DNA from: Candidatus Latescibacterota bacterium
GTDB taxonomy: Bacteria > Latescibacterota > UBA2968
Assembly (NCBI GenBank): GCA_965208125.1
Contig: OZ242320.1
Coordinates: 3,862,482 to 3,926,481, forward strand
DNA: 64,000 nucleotides
Direction: 5' to 3'
Shown: piece by piece, positions 7,347 to 17,143 of the stretch
Numbering within the stretch: position 1 is the stretch's first letter
Layout of the letters: each line of letters opens with the position of its first letter
Notes under the pieces: generated by a model
The model's database searches: none
What the model saw: only the letters and a program-made list of their open reading frames with translations
What the model was told of the DNA's origin: nothing
Position numbers and translations under genes: made by a program

Positions 7347-10300
7347 ATGCGAGAATCAAAACAAATTCTCCTGTGGTGCATGGCGCTGAGTCTGGTTCTG
7401 TTCGGTGCTGACTTGACATTCGCCGCCACTACGGGAAAGATTTCTGGTACTGTCAGAGACGCCCAGGGGCAACCGCTTCCCGGAGCCAATGTGGTCGTCA
7501 AGGGGATGCGTTTGGGGGCTACCACAGACGCCGATGGAATTTATTTTATTCTTACCGTACCACCTGGGGTGCACACATTGACTGCCTCTCTGGTGGGCTA
7601 TGGAACGATCTCTCAAACCGATGTAAAAGTCGCCGTTGACCTGACTACGACGGTCGATTTCGCGCTGGAGGAAATAGCTCTACAGGCCACAGAATTGGTT
7701 GTGATTGCCGAGCGTCCACCTGTGGAACCGGATAAAACCACCAGCAAATACATCCTGGGATCAGAGGAAATTGAGTCGCTTCCCATCATCAGGAGCGTTT
7801 CTGGACTCCTCGCTTTACAGCCCGGCGTTTTGCCGGAGGGAAACGACATGATTCGCGGAACTGGTGCCGCGGATGTGACCTATTACATAGATGGAATCCC
7901 CATTGTGACCACCGATGGCGTGGGTGCATTTGACCGTTTCCAGTTTCAAAACACATCGGCTGTCCAGGAACTCACCGTATTGACCGGAGGATGGGAGGCA
8001 GAATATGGCAATGCCCAGGCCGGTATCATCAATCTGGTCACGCGGGAGGCAGGGGAAAACTATTCTGGACGATTGGAGTACAAGTTTGATCCTTCGGGCA
8101 AAAAACACTGGGGTAACGACGTTTACGACGCTCCTCAGTTTAGAGATAACTTGAAGTGGGGAGATGCCGCCTGGGAAAATGAGACAGATCCCGAAACGGG
8201 ACAAACTATTCACCAGCGGATCGATTATGCCGATGCAGCAGGCCATTTCATAGAGGCGAATCTATCTGGACCACTTACGCCTGACGCCGGGCTATTCGTC
8301 AGCACGCGCTTTGATCGGTCCGCCCGTTCGTTTCCTTCCTCTTCCTCGCACACTCCGGGAAATACCCGCAATACAGTCAAGCTAAATTACAATATGTCAG
8401 ACAATGTAAAGTTCAAGCTCGGGGGATTCTACCATTGGAGCAAAGGGTGGAACAACGGCACCAGTTTGGGTAGAAGCGCTACGGCCGGTGCTATCCGGGG
8501 TCTGGGAGACGGTGGGAGAAATGTCTTTCTACCGGAAGGAAGTTCTGCGGGACGGTTCACGGATAGTGAGAGTTTGATCTACGCCTCTTTGACCCACACT
8601 TTGAGTCCAAAGACATTCTATGAAGCCAAAATATCGCGCTCTTTTTCCAGGCAAGATACCAGCGATATTCCCGCAGCGACTCAGCCCCTGCGCAGGGATG
8701 CGGCCGGGTACTTCAACCTGTCGCGCGACGTGCGTGCCTACGAAATTTCAGCGCGCGCGCGTTACAACGTCAAGTTCGATATTTCCAGCCAGATCACGAG
8801 GGGACATCTGGTCAAGACCGGGGCTGACTTCACCTATTCCGACGCCTGGGCATTTGGCGAGATTGGAGAAAACGAGTCCCGTCGCGTCGTTGCCTTTTAC
8901 GCAAAAGATGGGGCTCCAGATGGAAACTTTCAGCGGGGAATCAACCCTTTTCAGTGGGGACTCTATTTGCAAGATAAGATGGAATTCAGCGGCATGATCG
9001 TCAATGCAGGCGTTCGCCTGGATGGATTCCACAATGGAGAAAAAGGCTCCGCAGTTCCACCTTTTGAAACATCACCTATGTACAACAAACTCCGACATTT
9101 TCGAAACGCACCACGGGCAGACGCCGATGCCAAAATCGCGTTCAGCCCTCGATTGGGTGTTTCACATCCCATCACCGCTGCAAGCACCATCCGGTTTTTC
9201 TATGGGAGATTTTACAAATTTCCGAATCTCTGGACGATGAACCGGCAGGTCTGGGTGGGGAGCTTTCCCGACATCGACATCAACGGCAACGGACAGATTG
9301 ATCCCGAGGAGCGGTTCAATGATCTCGGAAAGGAAAACCAGATCGGCGTTGGAAACATAGCCACACCGCCGGAGAAAACCACCAGTTTTGAGGTGGGAAC
9401 CGACTGGAACGTGGTTTCGGACTATACTTTATCGCTAACCGCCTACTACAAAACGGTAGATAATCAGTTATCTACTGGTACAACGGGCGGCGAGACGACG
9501 ATCTGGCAGGATCCCGGCACGGGAAGAACCGAGCAGATCCGTGTCAACCTGAGTATCAGATATGAGGATATCAAGGGAATTGAGCTTGGTTTCCAGAAGC
9601 GATTCAGCAATAACTTCGCGTTTCAGACGTCTTTTAACGCGCAGTGGCTATCGGGAGGGCGTGCAGGGGGAGCAGGGGACAGGTTCTTCCCGGATTCAAC
9701 GTGGGTCGCCGCTGGAAATTACTGGTTTGGCTATGAGATTCGAAACGGGCAGGAGGTTCCGATTCCACTGACCCAGGATGAGATCCGAGAAATCGGATCC
9801 AAAGCGAATCAACTTCTTCGCGACATCCAGGCAGGTGGTGGTCCCAGCAAGGGACAGGCAGGACCGAATGAACATTTTCTGGCAGCTATTGAAAAGGAAC
9901 CCGGCATCTGGGCTATCACCCCCATTCTTTCCGAGTTGAATATTGGCGGCATACGGGGCAGGGACAGAACGGCATTTGGGAGCGTGGCGTTTCTCTACCG
10001 AACGCCGAGCGATTGGGGCCCAATGGTTGGCGAAGCGGGTTTGTTCGGGAATATTCAGGCCAACATGATTTATCGCATGCAGACCGGCAGCCGGTTTGAA
10101 TACTCGCTTCCAGAAGGTGGCGTGGAGGAACGAAATGAGCCACTTCGCACCTGGGTTGATTTGAATGCCCAAAAGACGTTCTACGGCCTGAGGGACCGCT
10201 TCGATGCCACGTTGTTCGTCGAAACATACAATCTGTTCAACCAGAAAGATCGGCGGGCAAACAACTTCGATTATATTCAATGGGGTTTGAGAAGACCCAT

Positions 10301-10400
10301 ACCAACAGACCAGCTCTACAGGAATTTCGGAGATCCGAACGACAGGGCCTTTCTGGGCTCCCCAAGGCAGGTGCATTTGGGATTGAGACTCAGTTTCTAA
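7347..10400 (+). CDS. TonB-dependent receptor with N-terminal carboxypeptidase-regulatory-like domain
   Basis: 1017 aa. Signal peptide (…LTFAATTG), CarboxypepD_reg-like sandwich (GKISGTVRDAQGQPLPGANVVVKG..TDADGIYFI), plug-like segment (IRGTGAADVTYYIDGIPI) and barrel ending …HLGLRLSF. Confidence 0.85.
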   Translation: MRESKQILLWCMALSLVLFGADLTFAATTGKISGTVRDAQGQPLPGANVVVKGMRLGATTDADGIYFILTVPPGVHTLTASLVGYGTISQTDVKVAVDLTTTVDFALEEIALQATELVVIAERPPVEPDKTTSKYILGSEEIESLPIIRSVSGLLALQPGVLPEGNDMIRGTGAADVTYYIDGIPIVTTDGVGAFDRFQFQNTSAVQELTVLTGGWEAEYGNAQAGIINLVTREAGENYSGRLEYKFDPSGKKHWGNDVYDAPQFRDNLKWGDAAWENETDPETGQTIHQRIDYADAAGHFIEANLSGPLTPDAGLFVSTRFDRSARSFPSSSSHTPGNTRNTVKLNYNMSDNVKFKLGGFYHWSKGWNNGTSLGRSATAGAIRGLGDGGRNVFLPEGSSAGRFTDSESLIYASLTHTLSPKTFYEAKISRSFSRQDTSDIPAATQPLRRDAAGYFNLSRDVRAYEISARARYNVKFDISSQITRGHLVKTGADFTYSDAWAFGEIGENESRRVVAFYAKDGAPDGNFQRGINPFQWGLYLQDKMEFSGMIVNAGVRLDGFHNGEKGSAVPPFETSPMYNKLRHFRNAPRADADAKIAFSPRLGVSHPITAASTIRFFYGRFYKFPNLWTMNRQVWVGSFPDIDINGNGQIDPEERFNDLGKENQIGVGNIATPPEKTTSFEVGTDWNVVSDYTLSLTAYYKTVDNQLSTGTTGGETTIWQDPGTGRTEQIRVNLSIRYEDIKGIELGFQKRFSNNFAFQTSFNAQWLSGGRAGGAGDRFFPDSTWVAAGNYWFGYEIRNGQEVPIPLTQDEIREIGSKANQLLRDIQAGGGPSKGQAGPNEHFLAAIEKEPGIWAITPILSELNIGGIRGRDRTAFGSVAFLYRTPSDWGPMVGEAGLFGNIQANMIYRMQTGSRFEYSLPEGGVEERNEPLRTWVDLNAQKTFYGLRDRFDATLFVETYNLFNQKDRRANNFDYIQWGLRRPIPTDQLYRNFGDPNDRAFLGSPRQVHLGLRLSF

Positions 10401-10414
10401 GAGGATAAGACAAC

Positions 10415-12673
10415 ATGATTACTATAAAAAGAAGAAGCATCTTGTTTCTGCTTTTTCCATTGCTGGCGACCCTCTTGCTAACTTCGGAATTGTGGGCGCA
10501 GTCGAGTCCCTTCCAGAGGAAATTCCGACACATGACGCGGGGGAAGGTCTGGCATACGTACAGGAACGGACTCACAGGTCGGGTTCACCGACAGGTGATG
10601 AGGGATATAGCCGGTATGCAATATCCGGGTTCCATCATTCCGCTGGAACCCACCGAGTTTGAGCAATACTGGAGCTTTGTCAACTATCACTGGTATCCGA
10701 GGTTTACCCGCCGATACGACACCTCTCGGGGCGAGGGTGTAATGATTCTAACAAGAGATCACGGCACCTCGGCAGTTGGCCCGAGTCAGGAAACCGAGGA
10801 TATTCGGGAAAAGGTCTATGACATTGTCAACAGCCCGGAAAAAGATCTGGGATTTATGACCGCCTCCCACTTTACCGGGTTCAGCCCGATGTCCAACTAC
10901 TGGCCCGGAGCACCTCCAATTGTGGGTGAGCCTGTGGAAATCCACAACCACGACTATGGGCGGTATATCGGGGACGATTCTCAAGGTGAGGAAATTCTCA
11001 TCACGGCATGGTCCTCCAAAACGGGTATCAGTGTGTCGCAAAAAGCCTTTTCCTGGAGCTATCCCGACTTTGACGACTTCATCATTTACGAATATACTTT
11101 CCACAACAATGGAGACGCCAACGGAGACGGCCAGCCGGATCCCGGTATGCCCGTGCAACTCAACGACGTCTATTTTGCGTTCGTAAACATCATGACCATC
11201 TCTCAGGCGGGGTGCTTTATTTCAAGCCCGGGTGCGTGGTGGGTCGATTTCCCCGAATTGAGGGACGATTTCTACAGATACACCGGTGCAGCTAACTACG
11301 ATGGTCCGGCCGAATACGCTGACCTGAAGCTCAGCTACCACTACGACGGGGACGCGCCTTCTACTTTGTGGAATGACGTTGGTGGACCCTACGTTTCGGC
11401 GCGTCACCATTCACTGTTCAAAGGCACGGCGCGAGTCGATGGAGAACTGACAGACTTCCAGTACTTTGGGTTTGCCCCTCTGGATTATACCCCACCCTTT
11501 ACAAACGATTCGGAAAACTACGTTGCGCCAAAAGTCGCGGATCAGCCGGTGTCGGTAAAGTGGTGGGAAATCTTCAGCAGAAATAACTACACATACCCGG
11601 ATCCCAGTAATGATGGTGATGAGCAACTGTGGAACAAACTCGTCGAAGACCAGGGATTCCAATCCAACCCCACCGACATCGGTGATTACGCCCACAGTCA
11701 AACGTATGGACCATACGATATTGGTCCTGGTGAAAAAGTGAAAATCGTGGCGGTTTTTGCCGGGGGAACAGCTGCCGACGCCAAGGGTACGGGCATCATC
11801 GAATGGGCGCAAACGGGCAATCAAGACGAGGTTTCTCTGGGTCGGGAGGCCCTCGTGGATCACGTGCGCCGTGCTCAATTCGCCTACGATAGCGGCTACG
11901 ATCTGCCCGACCCGCCTCCGGATGTGCGATTTTCAGTGGGAAATAGCGAACGTGGGCAGGTTCTCCTCACATGGCCAGATGATGCCGATCGCGCGTTGGA
12001 TCCAGACTATGGCCAGGCCGACTTAAGAGCCTACCGGGTCTATCGTTCGGGGACCAAGGAAGCGGGGCCTTACAAGTTGCTGAAAGAGATTCCCGTGGGA
12101 GATGCCGCGCATTTGAGTGGCGGCACCTATTCCTTCGAGGATGAGACTTCCGCTCCCGGCTTCAACTACTGGTACTCGGTCCGCTCGGTTGATTCCGGGC
12201 ATTCATCCTGGACTAATAACGACGGTACCAAGACGCTTGCAGACCTGCCCGACAAGGTGCGACAGAATGTCCAGAGTGGCATGGAAAGCGGGCATTCCTC
12301 GCCTGAGCAGCGGATGCAGGTCTTCACCAGTCCGAAGATCCCCGCAACTGCTACCAAAGACAATTTCGGCGATGAAATCCTGGTCGTGCCCAATCCCTAT
12401 CGGGATGATGGCACACACAGGTATCCGGGATCCAGAAAGATTCGATTTACAAATATCCCCAGAAAGGCCCAGATCAAGATCTATTCTCCATCTGGAGACC
12501 TGATCTGGACGATCAATCACGATTCGCCCCTGGGAGAGGCAGAATGGAATCAGGCGCCGCGATCCTTCGCGAGGCCGGAAGTACAGTCAGGCATCTACTT
12601 CTACTCTGTGGAATCCCTTGTGGAATCATCTCAGGGGGAGATGCGGTTCGGTTCATTTGTAATCATCAAATAG
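10415..12673 (+). CDS. secreted protein of unknown function with FN3-like module and T9SS-type (FlgD-Ig/Por_Secre_tail-like) C-terminal sorting domain
   Basis: 752 aa with a signal peptide. FN3-like segment (VLLTWPDDADRA…YRVYRSG…YWYSVRSVD). The last ~90 aa (VVPNPY…IKIYSPSGDLIWTI…SGIYFYSVE…GSFVIIK) fit the T9SS CTD pattern. Confidence 0.65.
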   Translation: MITIKRRSILFLLFPLLATLLLTSELWAQSSPFQRKFRHMTRGKVWHTYRNGLTGRVHRQVMRDIAGMQYPGSIIPLEPTEFEQYWSFVNYHWYPRFTRRYDTSRGEGVMILTRDHGTSAVGPSQETEDIREKVYDIVNSPEKDLGFMTASHFTGFSPMSNYWPGAPPIVGEPVEIHNHDYGRYIGDDSQGEEILITAWSSKTGISVSQKAFSWSYPDFDDFIIYEYTFHNNGDANGDGQPDPGMPVQLNDVYFAFVNIMTISQAGCFISSPGAWWVDFPELRDDFYRYTGAANYDGPAEYADLKLSYHYDGDAPSTLWNDVGGPYVSARHHSLFKGTARVDGELTDFQYFGFAPLDYTPPFTNDSENYVAPKVADQPVSVKWWEIFSRNNYTYPDPSNDGDEQLWNKLVEDQGFQSNPTDIGDYAHSQTYGPYDIGPGEKVKIVAVFAGGTAADAKGTGIIEWAQTGNQDEVSLGREALVDHVRRAQFAYDSGYDLPDPPPDVRFSVGNSERGQVLLTWPDDADRALDPDYGQADLRAYRVYRSGTKEAGPYKLLKEIPVGDAAHLSGGTYSFEDETSAPGFNYWYSVRSVDSGHSSWTNNDGTKTLADLPDKVRQNVQSGMESGHSSPEQRMQVFTSPKIPATATKDNFGDEILVVPNPYRDDGTHRYPGSRKIRFTNIPRKAQIKIYSPSGDLIWTINHDSPLGEAEWNQAPRSFARPEVQSGIYFYSVESLVESSQGEMRFGSFVIIK

Positions 12674-12688
12674 TCAAGGAGCTTTGCT

Positions 12689-13678
12689 ATGATGACCAGG
12701 ATATACGCATCAATCTGCGTATTCGCGATTGTGATTTTGCTGCAATCGCCCGCCCAGGGACAGGGATATGTGGAAATCGAGGATGAGGATATTTATTCCT
12801 CAACCGCTGCTTCGCGAATTGGGCTTACAGGATTTGCATTTCTGAAGATTTCCCAGGGGGCGCGGTCTGCGGGAATGGGGGATGCGTACACGGCCATATC
12901 CAATGATATCAATGCGGCATTCAAGAATCCTGCCGGTTTGACCCATATGAAACGGATTGAGTACGTGTTCTCTTACAACCGATGGTTGGTAAACAGCACG
13001 GTTGCTTCCAGCGCTGTTGCGGCGAATACGCCTTATGGCGTGGTGGGCGTTACTTTTATCGGTTTCTACCCTGAGAAGAGCAAGGAAACCACCATACTCC
13101 AGCCGCTCGGAACAGGAGAGATGGTGAATGCTGGGGATGTCGCCATCGGATTTCTTTACGCGAAGAAAATGACCGATAGGCTCTCCTTCGGCGCTCACGG
13201 TCGCTGGATTCAGGAAACGCTGCACGACAAGAAAATTTCCAGTTACGATGTCTCACTCGGCACGCTGTTCTACACGGGATTTGGCTCCAGCAGGTTGGCG
13301 ATGACATTACAAAATTTCGGCAAAGACGTAACGCCGGAAGCGGTCACTTTCGCCATGCCAATGGTTTTCAATATCGCCGCTGCTATGGAGGTTTACGGAA
13401 CAGTAGAAGATCCCACCTACCTCACAGCCGCAGTCGATTTCAGCTATGCCACTGATTTCGGTGAGCGGTTACATTTTGGCGGTGAGCTCTGGGTCGCAAG
13501 GGTGCTCGCGCTTCGAGCTGGATACAAGACCAATTACGACATCGAGAGTTATTCACTTGGTGCCGGTGTTCGCGTGAACTATGTGGGAGGTAGGCAGGTC
13601 TCTGTCGATTTTGCCTATTCGGCGATTGAGGGTGGCTTTGATCCTCCGCTGCGCGTATCTCTGAGTGGGAGTTTTTAG
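12689..13678 (+). CDS. PorV/PorQ-family (FadL-like) outer-membrane barrel
   Basis: 329 aa with a signal peptide. The family-typical N-terminal motif GARSAGMGDAYTAISNDINAAFKNPAGL is present, and the barrel ends …VSLSGSF. Confidence 0.7.
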   Translation: MMTRIYASICVFAIVILLQSPAQGQGYVEIEDEDIYSSTAASRIGLTGFAFLKISQGARSAGMGDAYTAISNDINAAFKNPAGLTHMKRIEYVFSYNRWLVNSTVASSAVAANTPYGVVGVTFIGFYPEKSKETTILQPLGTGEMVNAGDVAIGFLYAKKMTDRLSFGAHGRWIQETLHDKKISSYDVSLGTLFYTGFGSSRLAMTLQNFGKDVTPEAVTFAMPMVFNIAAAMEVYGTVEDPTYLTAAVDFSYATDFGERLHFGGELWVARVLALRAGYKTNYDIESYSLGAGVRVNYVGGRQVSVDFAYSAIEGGFDPPLRVSLSGSF

Positions 13679-13778
13679 ACCCGATCAGTTTGCGAGATCA
13701 CTGGGCGGCAGGCCCCCTGGACCAGGCCAATGATAGGCCTGATACAAGCCTGTCGCTCAAAGGATTGCGAGGAGAGAT

Positions 13779-15767
13779 TTGTCCTCTCTGCAAGATCCCA
13801 TCGTTAGCCATCCAGCGCCTTCCGCCGCAGAGGAGCGGGGGATCACGTTGCGTTCGTTTCTGATTGGGTTGGGTGTGGTCTGTCTGGTCAACCTGTGGGT
13901 CACGTGGTCGGATTTCATAATTCATTCCTCGGCCTGGAATCTGAGCCACTTCCCCATGGTGAATTTCATTCCGTTTGTCATCCTCACAGTCTTCTCATCG
14001 GTTTCAGACAGATTGTTTGGACCGCGCTGGTCTTTTTCATCTGCCGAACTCGCCACCGTTCTGGCCATGGGGCTGGTGGGCAGCGTCGTGCCGACCAACG
14101 GATTTATGGGATATGTGCTCGGCATTTTGGCCATGCCGTATTACCTGGCCACCCCCGAGAATGGTTGGGCGCTCTACTTTCACCCCCACCTTGCCGACTG
14201 GATGGCGCCGCGAGATGAAAACGACGCCGTGCGCTACTTTTTCGAAGGCCTACCCAAAGGTGTGCACATCCCCTGGGAAACCTGGGCAAGCCCGCTTTTC
14301 TGGTGGCTTACATTTGCAGCGTCGATCACGCTGATCTCGGCCTGCACGGTTGTCATTTTGCGCAAGCAATGGACGGAGAACGAACGGCTCGATTATCCCA
14401 TCATCAGCGTAGGCATCGACATGGCGCTGCGCTCGAATCCCTGGAACTGGCTGCCGGAATACATGAAAGGCAAGCTGTTCTGGGGTGGTTTTTCGGTCGC
14501 CTGCGGAATCGTTTGTTGGAATATTCCCAGTTACTTCATACCCGGCCTGCCCGAATTCCCTCTACTTCCCAGATGGTTTACGCTGGCCGCTGGTTTTCCC
14601 ACAATTGACTTCCACATCAGCTTTTTTGCACTGGCTTTTGCATTTTTTGCCAGGCTTGAAGCCCTGTTCAGCGTCTGGTTCTTCTTCCTGATTTTTCTAA
14701 TCCAGAGCGCGGTATTCAACCGATTCGGATTCACCATCGGCACCTCGGGAGATCCCTGGTCTTCCCACAACCCCGCAGTTGGCTGGCAAAGCTGGGGGTC
14801 TCTCTGCTTCATCGTGGCCTGGGGGATCTGGGTTGCTCGCCACCATCTACGCGACGTTTTTTCAAAGGCCATCTGGGGGGTACCGGGTGAAGGCAGAGCT
14901 GAAGAAATGATGTCTTACCGGATGGCTCTTACCGGCCTGATCAGTGGACTGGTTTATGCCATTGGATTTCTGTACTGTGCGGGTATGAGCTATACCATGG
15001 CCATCGCGCTCTTGCTTTCCACACTCATCGGCTACCTGGGGGTATCCCGCATCCTGGTGGAAACCGGGTTGCTCTACGTGGTCGTACCGGTAACGGGTCA
15101 GTCCTCCACCGTATATTTTCTGGGATCGCGTGGCCTGCCGGAATCCTCGATGACAGCCATGGCATTCACCTATATCCTCGTCACGAGGGGTGCCGGTATG
15201 TTCATGCCTTCGCTGACCCATCTGGGCAAGCTTGCAGATCAGATTCCCCAGATACGAAGGCGTCTGATCTACGCGCTTGGTGCCTCAATTGTGGTCGGAG
15301 TTCTGGTTGCCGCCATTGTAACCCTGTATCTGGGCTACACACATGGGGCATACAACTTCAACGTATGGGTGTTGGGCGGGGGCGGCAGCCAGCGTCCTTT
15401 CATCGATACGCTGGTCAAGATGCAGTCGCCATTCACCACAGACTGGTATCGCGTCTCCTTTTTTTCATTCGGGGTGCTGGTGTCGGCCGCGCTGGTGGCT
15501 TTGCGCTATCGCTTTCCCTGGTGGCCCCTTTCACCCATTGGATTTCCCCTGGCCACTTCCTGGCCCATGCGCAGAGTCGGGTTCACTATCTTTCTGGCCT
15601 GGTTCATCAAGGCCGTCATCATGAAACTGGGAGGTGCCGTGCTCTACCGTCGGTGCCAGCCCTTTGCAGTCGGGCTCCTGGTCGGTTGGGCAGCCGGAGT
15701 CGGCATCTCTTTTCTGATTGACATCTTCTACTTCCCCGGCAACGGACACGGGATTCACTCGTATTGA
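13779..15767 (+). CDS. large polytopic inner-membrane protein, unrecognised family (candidate transporter), paralog 1
   Basis: 662 aa, TTG start with GGAGAG just upstream, and about 14 or more hydrophobic segments. I recognise no MFS/ABC/SSS/APC signatures. It may belong to families catalogued only as DUFs (DUF6784/DUF6785-like), but I cannot verify this. Confidence 0.6.
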   Translation: MSSLQDPIVSHPAPSAAEERGITLRSFLIGLGVVCLVNLWVTWSDFIIHSSAWNLSHFPMVNFIPFVILTVFSSVSDRLFGPRWSFSSAELATVLAMGLVGSVVPTNGFMGYVLGILAMPYYLATPENGWALYFHPHLADWMAPRDENDAVRYFFEGLPKGVHIPWETWASPLFWWLTFAASITLISACTVVILRKQWTENERLDYPIISVGIDMALRSNPWNWLPEYMKGKLFWGGFSVACGIVCWNIPSYFIPGLPEFPLLPRWFTLAAGFPTIDFHISFFALAFAFFARLEALFSVWFFFLIFLIQSAVFNRFGFTIGTSGDPWSSHNPAVGWQSWGSLCFIVAWGIWVARHHLRDVFSKAIWGVPGEGRAEEMMSYRMALTGLISGLVYAIGFLYCAGMSYTMAIALLLSTLIGYLGVSRILVETGLLYVVVPVTGQSSTVYFLGSRGLPESSMTAMAFTYILVTRGAGMFMPSLTHLGKLADQIPQIRRRLIYALGASIVVGVLVAAIVTLYLGYTHGAYNFNVWVLGGGGSQRPFIDTLVKMQSPFTTDWYRVSFFSFGVLVSAALVALRYRFPWWPLSPIGFPLATSWPMRRVGFTIFLAWFIKAVIMKLGGAVLYRRCQPFAVGLLVGWAAGVGISFLIDIFYFPGNGHGIHSY

Positions 15768-15779
15768 AAGAGAGGCACT

Positions 15780-17129
15780 ATGGCAAATGCAATAGAAATC
15801 GGCATTGCGCGTGCTGATATTACCCCTGCGGTTGGCATCCCTATGGTCGGATTTGCGGGGCGAGGACCTTCGACGCGCGTAAATGACCCGTTATATGCCA
15901 CGGCTATGGCAGTTTCCTGCGCGGGGGAGCAAGCCGTATTGATCGCCTCGGATCTCCTCCAGTTTAAGGCGGAAACGGTCGCCGAGTTTCGTGCACTTAT
16001 CCAGGCTGCATCGGGAATTGCCGCTGATCGGATTACCCTGGCCTGTAGCCACACGCATTACGGGCCTGATATCGATCGCGCAGGTAGGCGATCTTCTTCG
16101 CCTGGTCCGAGTTCGACCGAAGGTTCCGAACTGGTCGATGCCTATCGGATTCATCTCGGATTCAAACTGGCAGGTCTGGTACAGGAGGCTCAGCAAAATT
16201 TTAAGCCGGCGCGAATGGGTATTGGCTGGGGCAGTTCCGATATTGGTATCAACCGCAGGGAGAAGACCCCTGATGGGCGGATTATACTCGGCAACAACTA
16301 CGATGGGCCTGTTGACCGCGAGGTCGGCATCGCGCGAATTGAAGATACAGAGGGAAACCCTATCGCCTGTCTGGTCAATTTTGCGACGCATCCGGTTGCA
16401 CAGACTTCTCAGCAGCGCGCTATTTCTGCCGGGTTTTCCGGAAAGATGACCCAGGTGGTAGAAGGTCTTACCGGCGCGTATTGTCTCTTTCTACAGGGGG
16501 CGGCGGGCGATATCAATCCGGCTCTGGGATTCCGCGGACCGGATCAGCGACCAGAAGATCTTCACAAGCCATCGGACAGTCTGGGCATTCGACTGGGCTG
16601 CGAAGTGGTGCGCGTGTGGGAAACCATCAGCGTTGGTGAGGCTCAAGGTTTGAATCTCGCTTCAAAAACTATAAACCTGCCCCGCTACATGTACGGCGAC
16701 TTAAAAAGCGCGAAACAGCTCGATGGGGAATTCGATCAGGAGTTGAAAGCGAGAAATCTCTCAGACGGACAGCGATATTGGACAGAACTGAGGCAAAGTC
16801 GGGTGCGAGAAGCGATTAGTAGCCACGAGACGGGCATTCCACTTGATCCCGTTGAGACGGAATTACAGGCATGGCGAATTGGTGATCTCGCCTTTGTGAC
16901 TGCTCCGGCGGAGATTTTTACTGAAAACGGCACGCTTGTGAAAAATCAATCGCCTTTCGATCACACTTTCTTCGTGGGCTATACCAATGGCTCCATTGGG
17001 TATGTCCCTACCGTGGATGCCTACCCCGAGGGGGGATACGAAGTCACCCACGCCTGCCAGGTCGATCCCGAGGCGGGCGATATGATCAATGAGAATTGCC
17101 TGGCACTGCTCCGGCAGGTCGTGGCATAA
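15780..17129 (+). CDS. neutral/alkaline-ceramidase-N-terminal-domain-like Zn amidohydrolase, paralog P1
   Basis: 449 aa. ARADITPAVGIPMVGF, CSHTHYGP, NFATHPV and GAAGDINP follow the Ceramidase_alk N-domain pattern. No signal peptide. Confidence 0.65.
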   Translation: MANAIEIGIARADITPAVGIPMVGFAGRGPSTRVNDPLYATAMAVSCAGEQAVLIASDLLQFKAETVAEFRALIQAASGIAADRITLACSHTHYGPDIDRAGRRSSSPGPSSTEGSELVDAYRIHLGFKLAGLVQEAQQNFKPARMGIGWGSSDIGINRREKTPDGRIILGNNYDGPVDREVGIARIEDTEGNPIACLVNFATHPVAQTSQQRAISAGFSGKMTQVVEGLTGAYCLFLQGAAGDINPALGFRGPDQRPEDLHKPSDSLGIRLGCEVVRVWETISVGEAQGLNLASKTINLPRYMYGDLKSAKQLDGEFDQELKARNLSDGQRYWTELRQSRVREAISSHETGIPLDPVETELQAWRIGDLAFVTAPAEIFTENGTLVKNQSPFDHTFFVGYTNGSIGYVPTVDAYPEGGYEVTHACQVDPEAGDMINENCLALLRQVVA

Positions 17130-17143
17130 CGGAGGGGATTCAT

